From positions 11,905 through 75,904 of the forward strand of contig JBBRTT010000010.1 in the NCBI GenBank assembly GCA_038244165.1: 64,000 nt of DNA, written 5' to 3'. The translations under genes were made by a program, and so were the position numbers. The number at the start of each line of letters is the position of its first letter. Within the stretch, counting starts at the first letter, position 1. This DNA comes from Lysobacterales bacterium. GTDB taxonomy: Bacteria > Pseudomonadota > Gammaproteobacteria > Xanthomonadales > Rhodanobacteraceae. The notes under the pieces were generated by a model. The model searched no databases, was not told where the DNA came from, and saw only the letters and a program-made list of their open reading frames with translations. Below, in pieces: positions 1 to 10,925 of the stretch.

Positions 1-179
1 TGTTCATGGCCCACGGCAAGCTTGATCCAACGATCTCGCACGCGCTCGGGGAAATGAGCCGCGACTACCTCAAGCAGCGCGGCTACGTGGTTGACTGGCA
101 CAGCTATCCGATGGCGCACCAGGTCTGCGCGGAAGAAATCGCCGATCTCAAACGCTGGATCGGCGCGCGTCTGGCCTAA
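1..179 (+). CDS. C-terminal part of a phospholipase/carboxylesterase (alpha/beta hydrolase), truncated by the window edge
   Basis: Own translation from nt 3: FMAHGKLDPTI...WHSYPMAHQVCAEEIADLKRWIGARLA*. AHGxxDP and YPMxH are typical catalytic Asp/His motifs. Confidence 0.85.
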   Translation, partial: FMAHGKLDPTISHALGEMSRDYLKQRGYVVDWHSYPMAHQVCAEEIADLKRWIGARLA

Positions 180-195
180 GGGCGACTTGGGTTTC

Positions 196-1290
196 ATGAG
201 CGCAGCGCCATCCCCACCGCCGGCTACCGGGAAAGCGCCCGTACTGCCTTACTGGTTGCCGGATTTTTGCAGCCTGCCAGTGCTGTTCGCGGTGATGGTT
301 GTTGCCGAATTGCTGGCGCTGGTGATTCTGATTGCACCGAGCGATGAGTCGCGTCCGCTGCTGCCTCGGCTGACCACGGCGAGTGTGTTCGTGCAATGGC
401 TGGCGCTGGTCTGCGCGGTCTGCCTGTGCAAGTTGCGTCCGCAACTTGCAAAGTTGACGCCGCTACTGGGCGTGATGACGGCGTATGCCCTGATGCTGCT
501 GGTGACGGTCCTCGGCAGCGCCCTGGTCTTCGGCATCGATCAGCAACTCAATCTCGGCCTGACCTTGCCGGCGCAGTTTCAGGCGCGTTTCATCTGGCGC
601 AGCGCGGCATTGTGTGCCCTGATCGGTGCGGCGCTGCTGCGTTATTTCTACGTGCTGGAACAATGGCGCGCGCGCGTGGGCGCCGAGGCCAAGGCCCGCT
701 TCGAGGCGTTGCAAGCGCGTATCCGACCGCATTTCCTGTTCAACAGCATGAACACGATCGCGAGCCTTATTCCGCTGCGGCCGCAGGATGCCGAGCGCGC
801 GGTCGAGAACTTGTCCGACCTGTTCCGCGCCGCGCTTGGCAACGACACCGCGCGCAGCACGCTTGGCGAAGAACTCGATTTGGTGCAGCGCTATCTGGAT
901 ATCGAAAAGCTGCGCCTGGGTGAGCGCCTGCGCGTGGACCTGGACGTCGCCGACCTGCCGGGCGATCTGCCGATGCCGCCGCTGTTGCTGCAACCGTTGG
1001 TCGAGAACGCGGTGTATCACGGCATCCAGCAATTGCCTGCGGGCGGCACCGTGGAGATCCGGGGGCGACGGCTCGATGGCGCCATCGAAATCGTGATCCG
1101 CAATCCACGCCCCCCGGCCGGAGCGCGCGCCGCCGGACGTCACGGCATGGCCCTGGCAAACACGCGCTCGCGTATCGAGTACCATTTCGGCCGGCACGGC
1201 GCGCTCGAAGTGGTTGCCGGTGCGGACGATTTCATCTGCACCGTGCGCTTGCCGGATGCGAAGGGTGAGGAGGCGCTTGCGTCCAGATGA
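196..1290 (+). CDS. algZ: LytS/AlgZ(FimS)-type sensor histidine kinase
   Basis: Four TM helices, then LQARIRPHFLFNSMNTIA and LQPLVENAVYHG. Start moved to ATG 196. Overlaps the LytTR regulator. Confidence 0.85.
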   Translation: MSAAPSPPPATGKAPVLPYWLPDFCSLPVLFAVMVVAELLALVILIAPSDESRPLLPRLTTASVFVQWLALVCAVCLCKLRPQLAKLTPLLGVMTAYALMLLVTVLGSALVFGIDQQLNLGLTLPAQFQARFIWRSAALCALIGAALLRYFYVLEQWRARVGAEAKARFEALQARIRPHFLFNSMNTIASLIPLRPQDAERAVENLSDLFRAALGNDTARSTLGEELDLVQRYLDIEKLRLGERLRVDLDVADLPGDLPMPPLLLQPLVENAVYHGIQQLPAGGTVEIRGRRLDGAIEIVIRNPRPPAGARAAGRHGMALANTRSRIEYHFGRHGALEVVAGADDFICTVRLPDAKGEEALASR

Positions 1291-2024
1291 ACACCAAAGT
1301 TCTTATCGTCGACGACGAGCCGCTCGCGCGCGAGCGCCTGGCGGGCCTGTTGCGCGAATGTGTAAATGTGGAAATTGCCGGTGAGGCCGGCAACGGCCGC
1401 GAGGCGGTCGAAGCGGTGGCGCGGCTGGCGCCCGACGTGGTCCTGCTCGACATCCGCATGCCGCTGATGGATGGCCTGGAGGCGGCGCGCCACATTGCCG
1501 GTTTCGACAACCCGCCGGCAGTGATTTTCTGTACCGCTTACGACGAGCATGCGCTGGCCGCGTTCGAGGCCCATGCGCTCGACTACCTGGTAAAGCCCAT
1601 TCGCCGTGAACGCCTGCAGGCGGCGCTCGAACGCGCGCGCCGCTTCGGTGCGCCGCAACTGGCGCAGATGCAGAGCGCCGGCACGGTGCCGCACCGCAGC
1701 CATCTGTGTGCGCGCGTGCGCGGCAACCTGGTGCTCGTGGCGGTGGCCGATATCCAGTACCTGCTGGCCGAAGACAAATACGTTGTCGTGCACCACGCCG
1801 GCGGCGAAGTGCTGGTCGAGGAAGCGCTCAGGGCTCTGGAAACTGAGTTCGCCGAGCGTTTCGTGCGCATCCATCGCAATTGCCTTGTCGCGCGCGAGCG
1901 TCTGTCCGGCCTCACGCGCAGCGCCGACGGCCGCATCTTCGCCCAGCTCAACGGGGTGACCGCCACGCTGGAGGTCAGTCGGCGCAACTTGCCGGGCTTG
2001 CGCAAACTGGTGCGCAGTCTGTGA
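1287..2024 (+). CDS. algR: LytTR-family response regulator (AlgR-like)
   Basis: REC domain ([22 protein letters not shown]) plus LytTR domain ([16 protein letters not shown]); algZ-algR-hemC synteny. Confidence 0.88.
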   Translation: MNTKVLIVDDEPLARERLAGLLRECVNVEIAGEAGNGREAVEAVARLAPDVVLLDIRMPLMDGLEAARHIAGFDNPPAVIFCTAYDEHALAAFEAHALDYLVKPIRRERLQAALERARRFGAPQLAQMQSAGTVPHRSHLCARVRGNLVLVAVADIQYLLAEDKYVVVHHAGGEVLVEEALRALETEFAERFVRIHRNCLVARERLSGLTRSADGRIFAQLNGVTATLEVSRRNLPGLRKLVRSL

Positions 2025-2947
2025 GCGCACTGCTGCGCATCGCCACGCGCCAGAGTGCGCTGGCGTTGTGGCAGGCCGAGCATGTCGCGGCGCGATTGCG
2101 TGCGGCACACCCGGGGCTGGCGGTGGAACTCGTGCCGATGACCACGCGTGGCGATCAGATCACCGATCGTCCGCTCGCCGACATCGGCGGCAAGGGCCTG
2201 TTCCTGAAAGAGCTCGAAGTGGCGATGCTCGAGCGCCATGCGGACATCGCCGTGCATTCGTTCAAGGATGTGCCGATGGATCTGGAAGCCGGCTTCGCGA
2301 TCGGCGCGGTGCTTGAGCGTGCCGATGCGGCTGATGCTTTTGTTTCCGTACACTTTGCGCGTTTGGATACTTTGCCGCAAAATGCACGCGTCGGTACGTC
2401 GTCGTTGCGACGCCAGGCCCAGCTCAAGGCGCTGCGTCCGGACCTGGTCGCGCTGGATCTGCGCGGCAACGTCAACACTCGCCTGAACAAGCTCGATGCC
2501 GGCGACTACGACGCGATCGTGCTTGCCTGCGCGGGCCTGGAACGGCTCGGACTGGCAGAGCGCATTCGCAGCCGCCTGGAAGCGCCGGCATGGCTCCCTG
2601 CCGCGGCACAAGGCGCAATCGCGATCGAACAACGCGCCGGCGATGCGCGTGCAGCCGAGTTGCTGGCGCCATTGCACGATGCAGACACCGCGCGCTGCGT
2701 CAACGCCGAGCGCGCCCTGACGCGGCATCTGCAAGGCAGTTGTCAGGTGCCGATCGCCGCCTTCTGCATGGAGACAGAACGCGGCCTGCATCTGGCGGGC
2801 TTGGTCGGCGATGCGAAGAGCGGCAGGCTGCTGCGCGCGACACGAGAAGGTGCACGCGATGCGCCCGATGCGCTGGGTCGCGAGGTCGCCCAGTTATTGT
2901 TGGCGCAAGGCGCCGCAGCGCTACTGGGCAAACAGCAACATTCATGA
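2021..2947 (+). CDS. hemC: Hydroxymethylbilane synthase (porphobilinogen deaminase)
   Basis: [56 protein letters not shown] start at 2021 overlaps the algR stop. Confidence 0.97.
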   Translation: MSALLRIATRQSALALWQAEHVAARLRAAHPGLAVELVPMTTRGDQITDRPLADIGGKGLFLKELEVAMLERHADIAVHSFKDVPMDLEAGFAIGAVLERADAADAFVSVHFARLDTLPQNARVGTSSLRRQAQLKALRPDLVALDLRGNVNTRLNKLDAGDYDAIVLACAGLERLGLAERIRSRLEAPAWLPAAAQGAIAIEQRAGDARAAELLAPLHDADTARCVNAERALTRHLQGSCQVPIAAFCMETERGLHLAGLVGDAKSGRLLRATREGARDAPDALGREVAQLLLAQGAAALLGKQQHS

Positions 2948-3591
2948 CGTTGAGTTTGGCGCGGATATGGATCGGCGCCGCATTGCGCCAACTCATGCCG
3001 GTGATCGGCGTCTGCATCCTCGGCTGGGAGCCGGTCACGGTTTTACTGTTCTACTGGCTCGATGCGGCGCTGCGCGTGCCGGCGTGGCTGGCGTTCGAAC
3101 GCGATGGAAGCCAGGTCGACGATCCGGATGCCACGCCCGAGCAACGGCGTCGCGTCGGCAAAGCGCTGGCGGTGTTCGGCTCGTTGCCCTTGCTGGCAGT
3201 GACCATCGCGATCGTGGCGCTGCTGATCCAGGCCGGCCAGGACGGCATCGATCTGCTGCGACGCGCCGTGCCATCCAGCGTGCCCGACGCGGCGCTGTTG
3301 GTCGCCGCGATCGTGGCGCAAGTCATCACCAGTATGCGCAAGTTGCACGCGCCGCAGCCGATACCAGCAGATCGAGCGGCGTTCGAGAGCGAATCCGCGC
3401 TTCGCTTCGCCCTGTTGCTGATGCGCACCCTGCTGCTGGTGCCGATAGTCATCATTGCCATCGCGGCGCCCGACGTCGCGCAGGTCGCCGTGGTGATCCT
3501 GGCGATCGCGCTGACGATCTACGATGCCAATCCGCAGCTGTTCCTGCGCATGATGTGGGTGCTGTTGAAACCCGGCCCGGAAAATCGATAG
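2944..3591 (+). CDS. Hypothetical multi-pass membrane protein (DUF6498-like)
   Basis: ATG 2944 overlaps the hemC stop. Hydrophobic segments; [15 protein letters not shown] resembles the motif in 11240..12025. Confidence 0.6.
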   Translation: MTLSLARIWIGAALRQLMPVIGVCILGWEPVTVLLFYWLDAALRVPAWLAFERDGSQVDDPDATPEQRRRVGKALAVFGSLPLLAVTIAIVALLIQAGQDGIDLLRRAVPSSVPDAALLVAAIVAQVITSMRKLHAPQPIPADRAAFESESALRFALLLMRTLLLVPIVIIAIAAPDVAQVAVVILAIALTIYDANPQLFLRMMWVLLKPGPENR

Positions 3592-3622
3592 TCGTCGCCG
3601 GGGACGTTTTCGCGCAGAAAGG

Positions 3623-3648
3623 CAACGGACCCGCAAGCAGGTCCGTTG
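3623..3648 (-). terminator. Stem-loop between convergent genes; probable terminator of the DUF481 gene
   Basis: CAACGGACC-8 nt-GGTCCGTTG inverted repeat, followed on the minus strand by CCTTTCT. Confidence 0.5.
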
Positions 3649-3667
3649 TGTACAAAGTCGCACCCGA

Positions 3668-4495
3668 TCAGAAACTGTAGACGAGATTCGTGGTGAACAA
3701 GCCGTCGGTCTTCTTGAAGCCCGCCGCCACTTCCGAGTTGTGACGGAGCTGATAGCCGGCTTTCAGCGCCAGCCGGTCGCTCATCTTGACCGCGAGTCCC
3801 GCATCGTTCTGCATGAACTTGTTGCCGCTGCCTGCTTCGACGATGAAGGTGTCGACAAACGAAACTGTATCGCTGAAGTTGTGCTTGTAGTCTATCTTGC
3901 CGCGCGCGACGATACTGCCGTCCGAATCCGGCTGCACTTTCACGATGGGCGAACCCGGATCCACCGGAATCAGGTAGTAGGGTGCCGGCTGCACCACCTT
4001 GTAGCCCGGACCGATCTCCAGGGAGAGTTGATCGCTGGCGTTTTTCACTACCTGGTAGCCGTAGCCGATGGAAGCGATGTATTGATAATCGTACGCGGAG
4101 AATCCATCGTGTTCATAGCGCAAGGCGCCGACGACATAGCTGCGCTCATCGAGTTTGTAGCCAGCAGAAGCGCCGGCTTCGTAGCGATTGGATGTCAGGT
4201 CGTAGCTGGACGTGCTGACCAGGGTCGGTGGGGTCGTGCTGGTGTCGATCGTCGTGGTCTTGACGTTGCTCTTGTTGCGCAGCGCAAGCAGATAGAAATC
4301 GTCTTTCCATTGGTCGTCGTTGAACTTGAAATCCAGTTTGGCGTTGACGTTTTGCGACTTGGTGTTGCCGCTGGCGACGGACAGGCCAGCCTCGCCGCTG
4401 CCGGACCAGCCTTCGGGCGGCGGCGGCGGATCAGCGGCAAATGCGGCGAGCGGCAGGGCAAATAATATGGCGGAAGCGAGCAAAGCCGTTTTCAT
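3668..4495 (-). CDS. DUF481/YdiY-family outer-membrane beta-barrel protein
   Basis: Signal peptide, WSGSGEAG...SGNT start, alternating beta-strands, C-terminal TNLVYSF. Confidence 0.85.
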   Translation of the reverse strand: MKTALLASAILFALPLAAFAADPPPPPEGWSGSGEAGLSVASGNTKSQNVNAKLDFKFNDDQWKDDFYLLALRNKSNVKTTTIDTSTTPPTLVSTSSYDLTSNRYEAGASAGYKLDERSYVVGALRYEHDGFSAYDYQYIASIGYGYQVVKNASDQLSLEIGPGYKVVQPAPYYLIPVDPGSPIVKVQPDSDGSIVARGKIDYKHNFSDTVSFVDTFIVEAGSGNKFMQNDAGLAVKMSDRLALKAGYQLRHNSEVAAGFKKTDGLFTTNLVYSF

Positions 4496-4609
4496 GACAT
4501 CCTCCTTGAAAATAGAGCCGTCGCAGTCGACGGGGGCCGCATTCTAGCCGCATCCTTTGCGGCAAAGTGGAATTGTGTGCAAAGCGCGCGGCAGCGATTT
4601 TGCTCACGT

Positions 4610-5653
4610 TCAGGCGCGGGCAGCGCCGTAGTACAACATCACCACGTGCCGGGCCTCGGCGAAGAACAGCCAGCGCTCGACAAAGGTGCCGGCGATCACG
4701 CCGGCAAGCGCGAAACATGCGCCGACCCAGTCCAGTGCAGGCCACATCGACGCAATGATGGCGAACAGGATCGGGACGGCGCCGAACAGGATCAGTGCAA
4801 TGCCGCGCAATTTTGCCGAGTGCTTGCGTGCGAGTGCGAAACCCATCTCGCGGGTCAGATAGTTTTCCTCCGTGTGCGGCGCCTCGACACTGCGCACCTG
4901 GCCGAGGCGACCCAGACCCGTGGCCGATTCCGCGGTTGCCGGATGCCGCGTCGTATCGATGAAACGCCAATACGCAAGTTTGAGGACGCTGCAGATCAGC
5001 GCCAGGCAAATAATTAGAAACGGCGTGGCGCGCAACGTGGGATCGGAGAGGTTGCCGGACAGCACGTGCAGCATCCAGAAAACAGCGGCGCCACCGAGCA
5101 GCGAAAAAAACAGATACCCCGGCAGCACATAAGCGTTGTGCCAGGCGTGTATTGTTTTCAGTGAGGTATAAATCCCGGAAGTGCAGTAGACAGTCAATAT
5201 CGCGCAAATCGCGAGCACGGCACCCAGTGGGCGCGCCAGCGTGCCGACGCTCCAAACAAACGAATCGGCGCCAGTGGAGGGCGAAAGCCACGGCAGCCAA
5301 AATATAGCGACGAGACTCAGCAATGGCACGTAGCTGGTCAGTGCCGCGACACCTTCGCGCGACAGCCACGAACTACGCCATTGGCTCAATGCGCGCCAGG
5401 CGCGCTGCGGCTGGCCGAGATGCGCAAGCGAAGCAAACAATCCCACGCTGATGAGAAGAGCACCTATCAGCAATCCGTAGTCGATGACGCGCGGATAGGT
5501 GTACAGCGTCAACGTGATGCCGTTTTTGTCTGGTGCGCCTGGTGCGGTGTAGTGCGGCCAAAGCGCAAGCAAGCCGGCACCCAGCAAAAATAGCAGCCCG
5601 TATCCGGTTCCGGACAATACCGTGAAGAAAATAATCGAGAAGGTGGGGCGCAC
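4610..5653 (-). CDS. soeC: DmsC/SoeC-type membrane anchor subunit
   Basis: P..SIIFFTVLSGTGYG, SLAHLGQPQRAWRALSQWRSSWLSRE, VERWLFFAEARHVV. Confidence 0.85.
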   Translation of the reverse strand: MRPTFSIIFFTVLSGTGYGLLFLLGAGLLALWPHYTAPGAPDKNGITLTLYTYPRVIDYGLLIGALLISVGLFASLAHLGQPQRAWRALSQWRSSWLSREGVAALTSYVPLLSLVAIFWLPWLSPSTGADSFVWSVGTLARPLGAVLAICAILTVYCTSGIYTSLKTIHAWHNAYVLPGYLFFSLLGGAAVFWMLHVLSGNLSDPTLRATPFLIICLALICSVLKLAYWRFIDTTRHPATAESATGLGRLGQVRSVEAPHTEENYLTREMGFALARKHSAKLRGIALILFGAVPILFAIIASMWPALDWVGACFALAGVIAGTFVERWLFFAEARHVVMLYYGAARA

Positions 5654-5668
5654 GGGTCTTCGTCTTCC

Positions 5669-6421
5669 TCAGCGTGACAGGATTCTGTCCATCCAGCGCA
5701 GCAACGGCGACGCTGTGGAAAAATCCACTTTCTCATCTTGCGCGGCGGCTGACGTGGATGCGCAGCCATCACGTCGTTCGCGTGGCGGCAGATACTTGTT
5801 CACTGGCTTGTAGCCCATCTCCGGCATCAAATCGTAGCCGCCGCGTTCGGCGACGAGTTTGGACACCGCCGAATCCGCATCTCCGAGATCGCCGAAGTGG
5901 CGCGCCCGCGTCGGGCACGCCATCACGCACGCTGGCTGGCGATCGATTTCGTCGAGTGTTTCGTTGTAGATGCGATCCACGCACAAAGTACACTTTTGCA
6001 TGACGCCGCGTTGCTCGCTGAATTCGCGCGCACCGTAGGCGCAGGCCCAGGCGCACAACTGACAGCCGATGCACTTGTCCTCGTCGACCAGGACGATGCC
6101 ATCCTCGGCGCGCTTGTAGCTGGCGCCGGTCGGGCACACGGTCACGCAATCCGGCGTCTCGCAATGCAGGCACGAGCGCGGGAAGTGCACTGTCATTGGC
6201 GGCTTGCCATTGCTCTTCGGCTCGACTTCATACGTATGCACACGATTGAACCACACGCCGAGCGGTTCGCGGCCGTAAGGATTCTCGTCCGGCAGCGGCC
6301 CGAACTGGCCGCCGTCGTTCCATTCCTTGCACGCGACCGCGCAGGCGTGACAACCCACGCAAATATCCAGATCGATGACGAGGCCGAGTTTCTTCGGCGC
6401 CGAGGGCGGCAGCATGGTCAT
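5669..6421 (-). CDS. soeB: 4Fe-4S dicluster subunit (SoeB/DmsB-like)
   Basis: Cys motifs CVGCHACAVAC, CLHC...CVTVCP, CIGCQLCAWAC, KCTLC...CVMACP. Confidence 0.88.
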   Translation of the reverse strand: MTMLPPSAPKKLGLVIDLDICVGCHACAVACKEWNDGGQFGPLPDENPYGREPLGVWFNRVHTYEVEPKSNGKPPMTVHFPRSCLHCETPDCVTVCPTGASYKRAEDGIVLVDEDKCIGCQLCAWACAYGAREFSEQRGVMQKCTLCVDRIYNETLDEIDRQPACVMACPTRARHFGDLGDADSAVSKLVAERGGYDLMPEMGYKPVNKYLPPRERRDGCASTSAAAQDEKVDFSTASPLLRWMDRILSR

Positions 6422-8190
6422 GGCGCGAATGGCCAGAAGCGCGGAATCAGCAGCATCGACAGCGCGCAGAACATGAGGATGAGCGGAATGCCGACTTTCA
6501 TGAAATCGACGAATCGATAACCGCCGGCGCCGTACACCATCGTGTTGGTGGGATATCCAACCGGCGTCGCGAATGAAGTCGCCGCGGCAAACGCGACGCT
6601 GATGACGAACGGAACCGGGTTGACGTGCAATACCGTTGCGACCGAAATCGCGATCGGCACCATCAGCACGACCGACGGATTGTGCCCCATCATTTCCGTC
6701 AGCACGGCGGTCAGCAGATACACCATCAACAGTACGGCGAGCGGGCCGTGAACGCCGACCAGACGCATGCCGTTGTCGACCAGGTGCTGGGCGAGTCCGG
6801 TCTTGTCCATCGCAATGCCCAGCGGCAGGATCGCGCCGAGCAGGATGATGACTTTCCAGTCCATCGCTTCGTAGACATTTTCAAAATTGAAACAGCCAGT
6901 CAGCGCCATCGCCGCGCAGCCGAGCAAGGCGCTGACCACGATCGGCAGCAGGCCGAAACCGGCGATGGCGATCACGCCGACGAGGATCGCTATCGCTATC
7001 GGCGCCTTGCGCCTCGATGCGCGCGTATCGCCGCGTTCGCTCAGGATGACCAGTCCGGATTCACGGCGCAGATGCGGCATGGCTGCTTCGTCCAGCATCA
7101 GCAGCAGGATATCGCCGACTTCCAGGTGCGCGTTCTTGAGCTGTTCGCGCACGATACGATTGCGCCGCTGCAGGGCGAGCAGGCTGGCCTTGTAGTTCCA
7201 GCGCAAATCGATTTCTTCGACGGTTTGTCCGACCAGGCGTGTACCCGGGGCGACGACTGCTTCGACCAGGATGCGGCGAGTCGTACTCGGTGCCGCATCG
7301 GCAAAATCCAACACTGGGGCAATCTCGAGTTTCACCTGCTGCTTGAACTCTTCAAGCTGCAGCCAGTCGCCGCGGGTCAGCAGCACGTCGCCCTCCTGCA
7401 GCTTTTGTTCACGCGGTGCCCACAAATGTTCCTCGCCGCGCAGGAGTTCGAGTACATACACGCCGTGTTTTTCGCCGAGCTTGGCCGACCCGACCGACTC
7501 GCCGATCAGCGGCGAATCCGCCATCACGCGCAACTCGGTGACGAATTTGCCCTGTTCCAGATTCTCCGCGAGCCCGGTGTCGATGTGGCGCGGCAGCAGC
7601 CAGCGCCCAATCAACATCAGATACGCGATGCCGACGACGGCCAGGATTGCGCCGAGCCTGGTGAAATCGAATACGCTGAAACCGGGCAGCCCATGCTGAA
7701 TCGCCAGACTGTTGGTCAAAAGGTTCGACGACGTACCCAGGAGGGTGCAGACGCCGCCCATTTGCGCGGCATACGACATCGGGATCAACACCCGCGCCGG
7801 GGATGTCTTGCTGCGTGCACACACGCTCAAGGTCACCGGCAGGAACGTCGCCACCAATGCTGTATTTTTCACAAACGCGCCAAGTATACAAACGATGAGC
7901 ATGATCGACAGGGTCAGTAGCCATGGCGTGCGGATGCGCGACAGCATGCGGATCAATGGCTCCAGCGCACCGGTGCCGACGACGCCCGCGTTGAGCGCAA
8001 ACATCGCGGCGACGACCACGGTTGCTTCGTTGCTGAAACCGCTCAGGCCTTCGCTCGGAGACAGGATGCCGAGCACGAGAAGGGCGGCCAGAACGAGCAG
8101 TCCGACCACGTCATAGCGCAGTTTCTCGCTGACGAACAGCGCGACCGCGCCGATGACGATTGCGGCGACCGCCCAGGCTTGCCAGCTCAT
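6418..8190 (-). CDS. SLC13/DASS-family permease with two TrkA-C (RCK_C) domains
   Basis: GFSNEAT, MGGVCTLLGTSSNL, SFATPVGYPTNTMVYGAGGYRFVDF, central soluble RCK_C repeats. Confidence 0.88.
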   Translation of the reverse strand: MSWQAWAVAAIVIGAVALFVSEKLRYDVVGLLVLAALLVLGILSPSEGLSGFSNEATVVVAAMFALNAGVVGTGALEPLIRMLSRIRTPWLLTLSIMLIVCILGAFVKNTALVATFLPVTLSVCARSKTSPARVLIPMSYAAQMGGVCTLLGTSSNLLTNSLAIQHGLPGFSVFDFTRLGAILAVVGIAYLMLIGRWLLPRHIDTGLAENLEQGKFVTELRVMADSPLIGESVGSAKLGEKHGVYVLELLRGEEHLWAPREQKLQEGDVLLTRGDWLQLEEFKQQVKLEIAPVLDFADAAPSTTRRILVEAVVAPGTRLVGQTVEEIDLRWNYKASLLALQRRNRIVREQLKNAHLEVGDILLLMLDEAAMPHLRRESGLVILSERGDTRASRRKAPIAIAILVGVIAIAGFGLLPIVVSALLGCAAMALTGCFNFENVYEAMDWKVIILLGAILPLGIAMDKTGLAQHLVDNGMRLVGVHGPLAVLLMVYLLTAVLTEMMGHNPSVVLMVPIAISVATVLHVNPVPFVISVAFAAATSFATPVGYPTNTMVYGAGGYRFVDFMKVGIPLILMFCALSMLLIPRFWPFAP

Positions 8191-10925
8191 GACTCAGGCT
8201 CCGCGACCGACATCCGCACACGCAGGTCGAACCACGCCGCCTGTCCGGTCACCGGGTCGGCATTGGCGTAGCGATGACCGTCACTGCGCGGAGGCAGCAA
8301 ATCGTCTATCACGTGGTTGAGCAGGAATCCCTGGGTATTTTCCGGTGCATCGTGGGAAAGCTTCCATGCGCCCTTGCGTTTGCCGATCGCATTCCACGTC
8401 CACAGCGTCCCCGGTGCCGTACCGGCATGAAATTTCGCCTGTACGCGAATGCGTGCGTGGGCGGACTCGACCCAGACCCAATCGCCATCGGCAACGTCAT
8501 GCGCGGTCGCGGTCTGCGGATTCAGGTAGAGGAAATTACGCGTCGCGATCTGGCGCAGCCATGCGTTCTGCGAACCCCAGGCGTGATACATGAACATCGG
8601 GCGCTGGGTGATAGCCGACAACGGGAAATTTTCCGCTGCCTGATCCGACGCGTACCAGAACGGCAGCGGATCGAAATATTTCGCCACGCGCTCACGCTCG
8701 CGATCCGGCGGCTGCTGCCTGCCATGGCCTAGTCCTGCCAGTCGGAATTTCTGCAGGCGCTCCGAATACAGTTCCAGCACGATTGCGTCGGTCGAACCGA
8801 CGAAACCGAGCGACTTGGCCCAGGTCAGATACTCGCGGTTCGCCATCTTGTAGTAGCGGGCGGCCGCGGGCACCTCCGCGTGCCAGTAGCAATTGTTCGC
8901 TTTGTATACTTCGAGCTGGTGCGGATTGGGTTCGCCGACGCCGTGCTTGCTGCCGTCGCGGCCGCGCCAGCCGGCCAGCAGGCCCACACCCGGCGCGCGC
9001 TCGTGCTCAACCATATATTGGGCATAGCCGCCAGGATATTTCGGCGCGCCGTCGTCCTTGATCATTCCCGGCAGGCCCAGGCGTGCGCCGAGATCCAGCA
9101 ACACATCCTGGAACGGGCGTACGTCTCGATCGGGGCTGGCTACGGGCTGTCGAATCGCATCGCTGGCGCAATCGGCATCGGAAATCGGGCGATCCAGCAG
9201 CGAGATGCAGTCGTGGCGCTCCAGATACGTCGTATCCGGCAATACCAGGTCGGCGAACGCCACCGTTTCCGACGAATAGGCGTCGACGTAGATAAGATGT
9301 GGAATTGTATACTCGCCGCTCGCCGGATCGCGGTCGCACAGCATGGTTTGCGTCTGCATCGTGTTCATCGACGAGTTCCAGCCCATGTTCGCCATGAACA
9401 GGAACAAGGTGTCGATCGGATACGGATCGCCGGCCCAAGCGTTGCGGATCACGCTTTGCAGCATGCCGTGCGCGGCCAGCGGAAACTCCCACGAGAACGC
9501 CTTGTCGATACGTCGTGGCGCGCCGTTCGCATCGACCAGAAGATCTTCCGGCGCGTGCACATAACCGAGCGGGCCCGCATCCAGCGTACCGTTGTCCTTG
9601 CGCGTCTTGCCCGGCCGATTCGCCGGCGGCACGGATTTCGGATACGGCGGCTGATAGCGAAAGCTGCCGGGTGTGTCGATCGCGCCGAGCAGCATCTGCA
9701 AGGTGTGCAGCATGCGGCAGGTGTGGAACCCGTTGGCATGTGCGGCGATGCCACGCATCGCATGCATCGACACCGGGCGTCCGATCATTTCGTCGTGTTC
9801 TCGGCCGTGCGCATCCGTCCAGCGCTGTGGCAAGCGGATTTCCTGCTTGAATGCGACATCGGCCATTTCCGCGGCGATGCGGCGGATGGTGTCCGTGCTC
9901 ACGCCGCATTGCTCGGCAACGGTGTCGGCCGCGTATTCCGCGCCAAGAAATCGTTCGGCCATCAGCTGGAATGCGGGCACCGCCGTGCGCCCGTCGGGCA
10001 AGGCGAATTCGCCGGCGATGGCCGGTGAAATATCCAGCCCCCCAGCAGGTCTGGCCGTCGCGGTCGTCTTGTCCCAGCACAACGGGTTGTCCTGCGCATC
10101 CCGTGCGATCAAGCCGTCGTCCGCCGCATCGGTGTTGCGCACCACCAGATAGTGCGCATTTGTATACTTGACCAGGTAGTCGAAATCGATCCAGTCGTGG
10201 ATCAGCAATTCCTGGATCAGCGCGCCGACAAAGAGACCATCCGTGCCGGGGCGGATGCCGATCCATTCATCGGCGATCGCGGCATAGCCGGTGCGCACCG
10301 GATTGATCGCAACGATCTTGGCACCGCGACCCTTGATCTTGCCCAGGCCCAGCTTGATCGGATTGGAATCGTGATCCTCGGCGACACCGAACATCAGAAG
10401 GTATTTGGTCCGATCCCAATCGGGCTCACCGAATTCCCAGAACGAACCGCCCAAAGTATACATTCCGGCAGCGGCCATGTTGACCGAGCAGAAACCGCCG
10501 TGTGCGGCGTAGTTCACCGTGCCGAATTGCTGTGCCCACCAGCCGGTCAATGCCTGCGACTGGTCGCGGCCGGTGAAGAATGCGAGCTTGTCGGGATTCG
10601 TCCGCCGGATATCGCCGAGCCAGGTTGTCGCCAGCGCGAGGGCTTCGTCCCATTCGATCTCCCGAAACTCGCCGGCACCACGTTCGCCCACACGCAACAA
10701 GGGCTTGGACAATCGCGCCGGCGAGTAATGCTGCTTGATCCCGGCTGAACCTTTCGCACAGATCACGCCCTTGTTGACCGGATGCGCGCGATTGCCTTCG
10801 ATGTAGCGTACGCGGCCGTCTTTCAAATGCACTTTTATTCCACAGCGGCACGCGCACATGTAGCACGTCGTGGTTTTCACCTCGTCGCCGACGGGTTCGT
10901 TGAGGCGCAAATCAGCGTGCGGCAT
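8187..10925 (-). CDS. soeA: Molybdopterin oxidoreductase catalytic subunit, SoeA (cytoplasmic sulfite:quinone dehydrogenase)-like
   Basis: KTTTCYMCACRCGI...NKGVICAKG Fe-S motif, FFTGRDQSQ, AAHGGFCSVNMAAAG, ADPVTGQAAWFDLRV; no Tat signal. Start taken as ATG 10925 rather than 11162. Confidence 0.88.
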   Translation of the reverse strand: MPHADLRLNEPVGDEVKTTTCYMCACRCGIKVHLKDGRVRYIEGNRAHPVNKGVICAKGSAGIKQHYSPARLSKPLLRVGERGAGEFREIEWDEALALATTWLGDIRRTNPDKLAFFTGRDQSQALTGWWAQQFGTVNYAAHGGFCSVNMAAAGMYTLGGSFWEFGEPDWDRTKYLLMFGVAEDHDSNPIKLGLGKIKGRGAKIVAINPVRTGYAAIADEWIGIRPGTDGLFVGALIQELLIHDWIDFDYLVKYTNAHYLVVRNTDAADDGLIARDAQDNPLCWDKTTATARPAGGLDISPAIAGEFALPDGRTAVPAFQLMAERFLGAEYAADTVAEQCGVSTDTIRRIAAEMADVAFKQEIRLPQRWTDAHGREHDEMIGRPVSMHAMRGIAAHANGFHTCRMLHTLQMLLGAIDTPGSFRYQPPYPKSVPPANRPGKTRKDNGTLDAGPLGYVHAPEDLLVDANGAPRRIDKAFSWEFPLAAHGMLQSVIRNAWAGDPYPIDTLFLFMANMGWNSSMNTMQTQTMLCDRDPASGEYTIPHLIYVDAYSSETVAFADLVLPDTTYLERHDCISLLDRPISDADCASDAIRQPVASPDRDVRPFQDVLLDLGARLGLPGMIKDDGAPKYPGGYAQYMVEHERAPGVGLLAGWRGRDGSKHGVGEPNPHQLEVYKANNCYWHAEVPAAARYYKMANREYLTWAKSLGFVGSTDAIVLELYSERLQKFRLAGLGHGRQQPPDRERERVAKYFDPLPFWYASDQAAENFPLSAITQRPMFMYHAWGSQNAWLRQIATRNFLYLNPQTATAHDVADGDWVWVESAHARIRVQAKFHAGTAPGTLWTWNAIGKRKGAWKLSHDAPENTQGFLLNHVIDDLLPPRSDGHRYANADPVTGQAAWFDLRVRMSVAEPES

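Noticed and set aside
2944-3591. Gene after hemC as hemD
   Set aside because: It is a hydrophobic multi-TM protein with no uroporphyrinogen-III synthase motifs.
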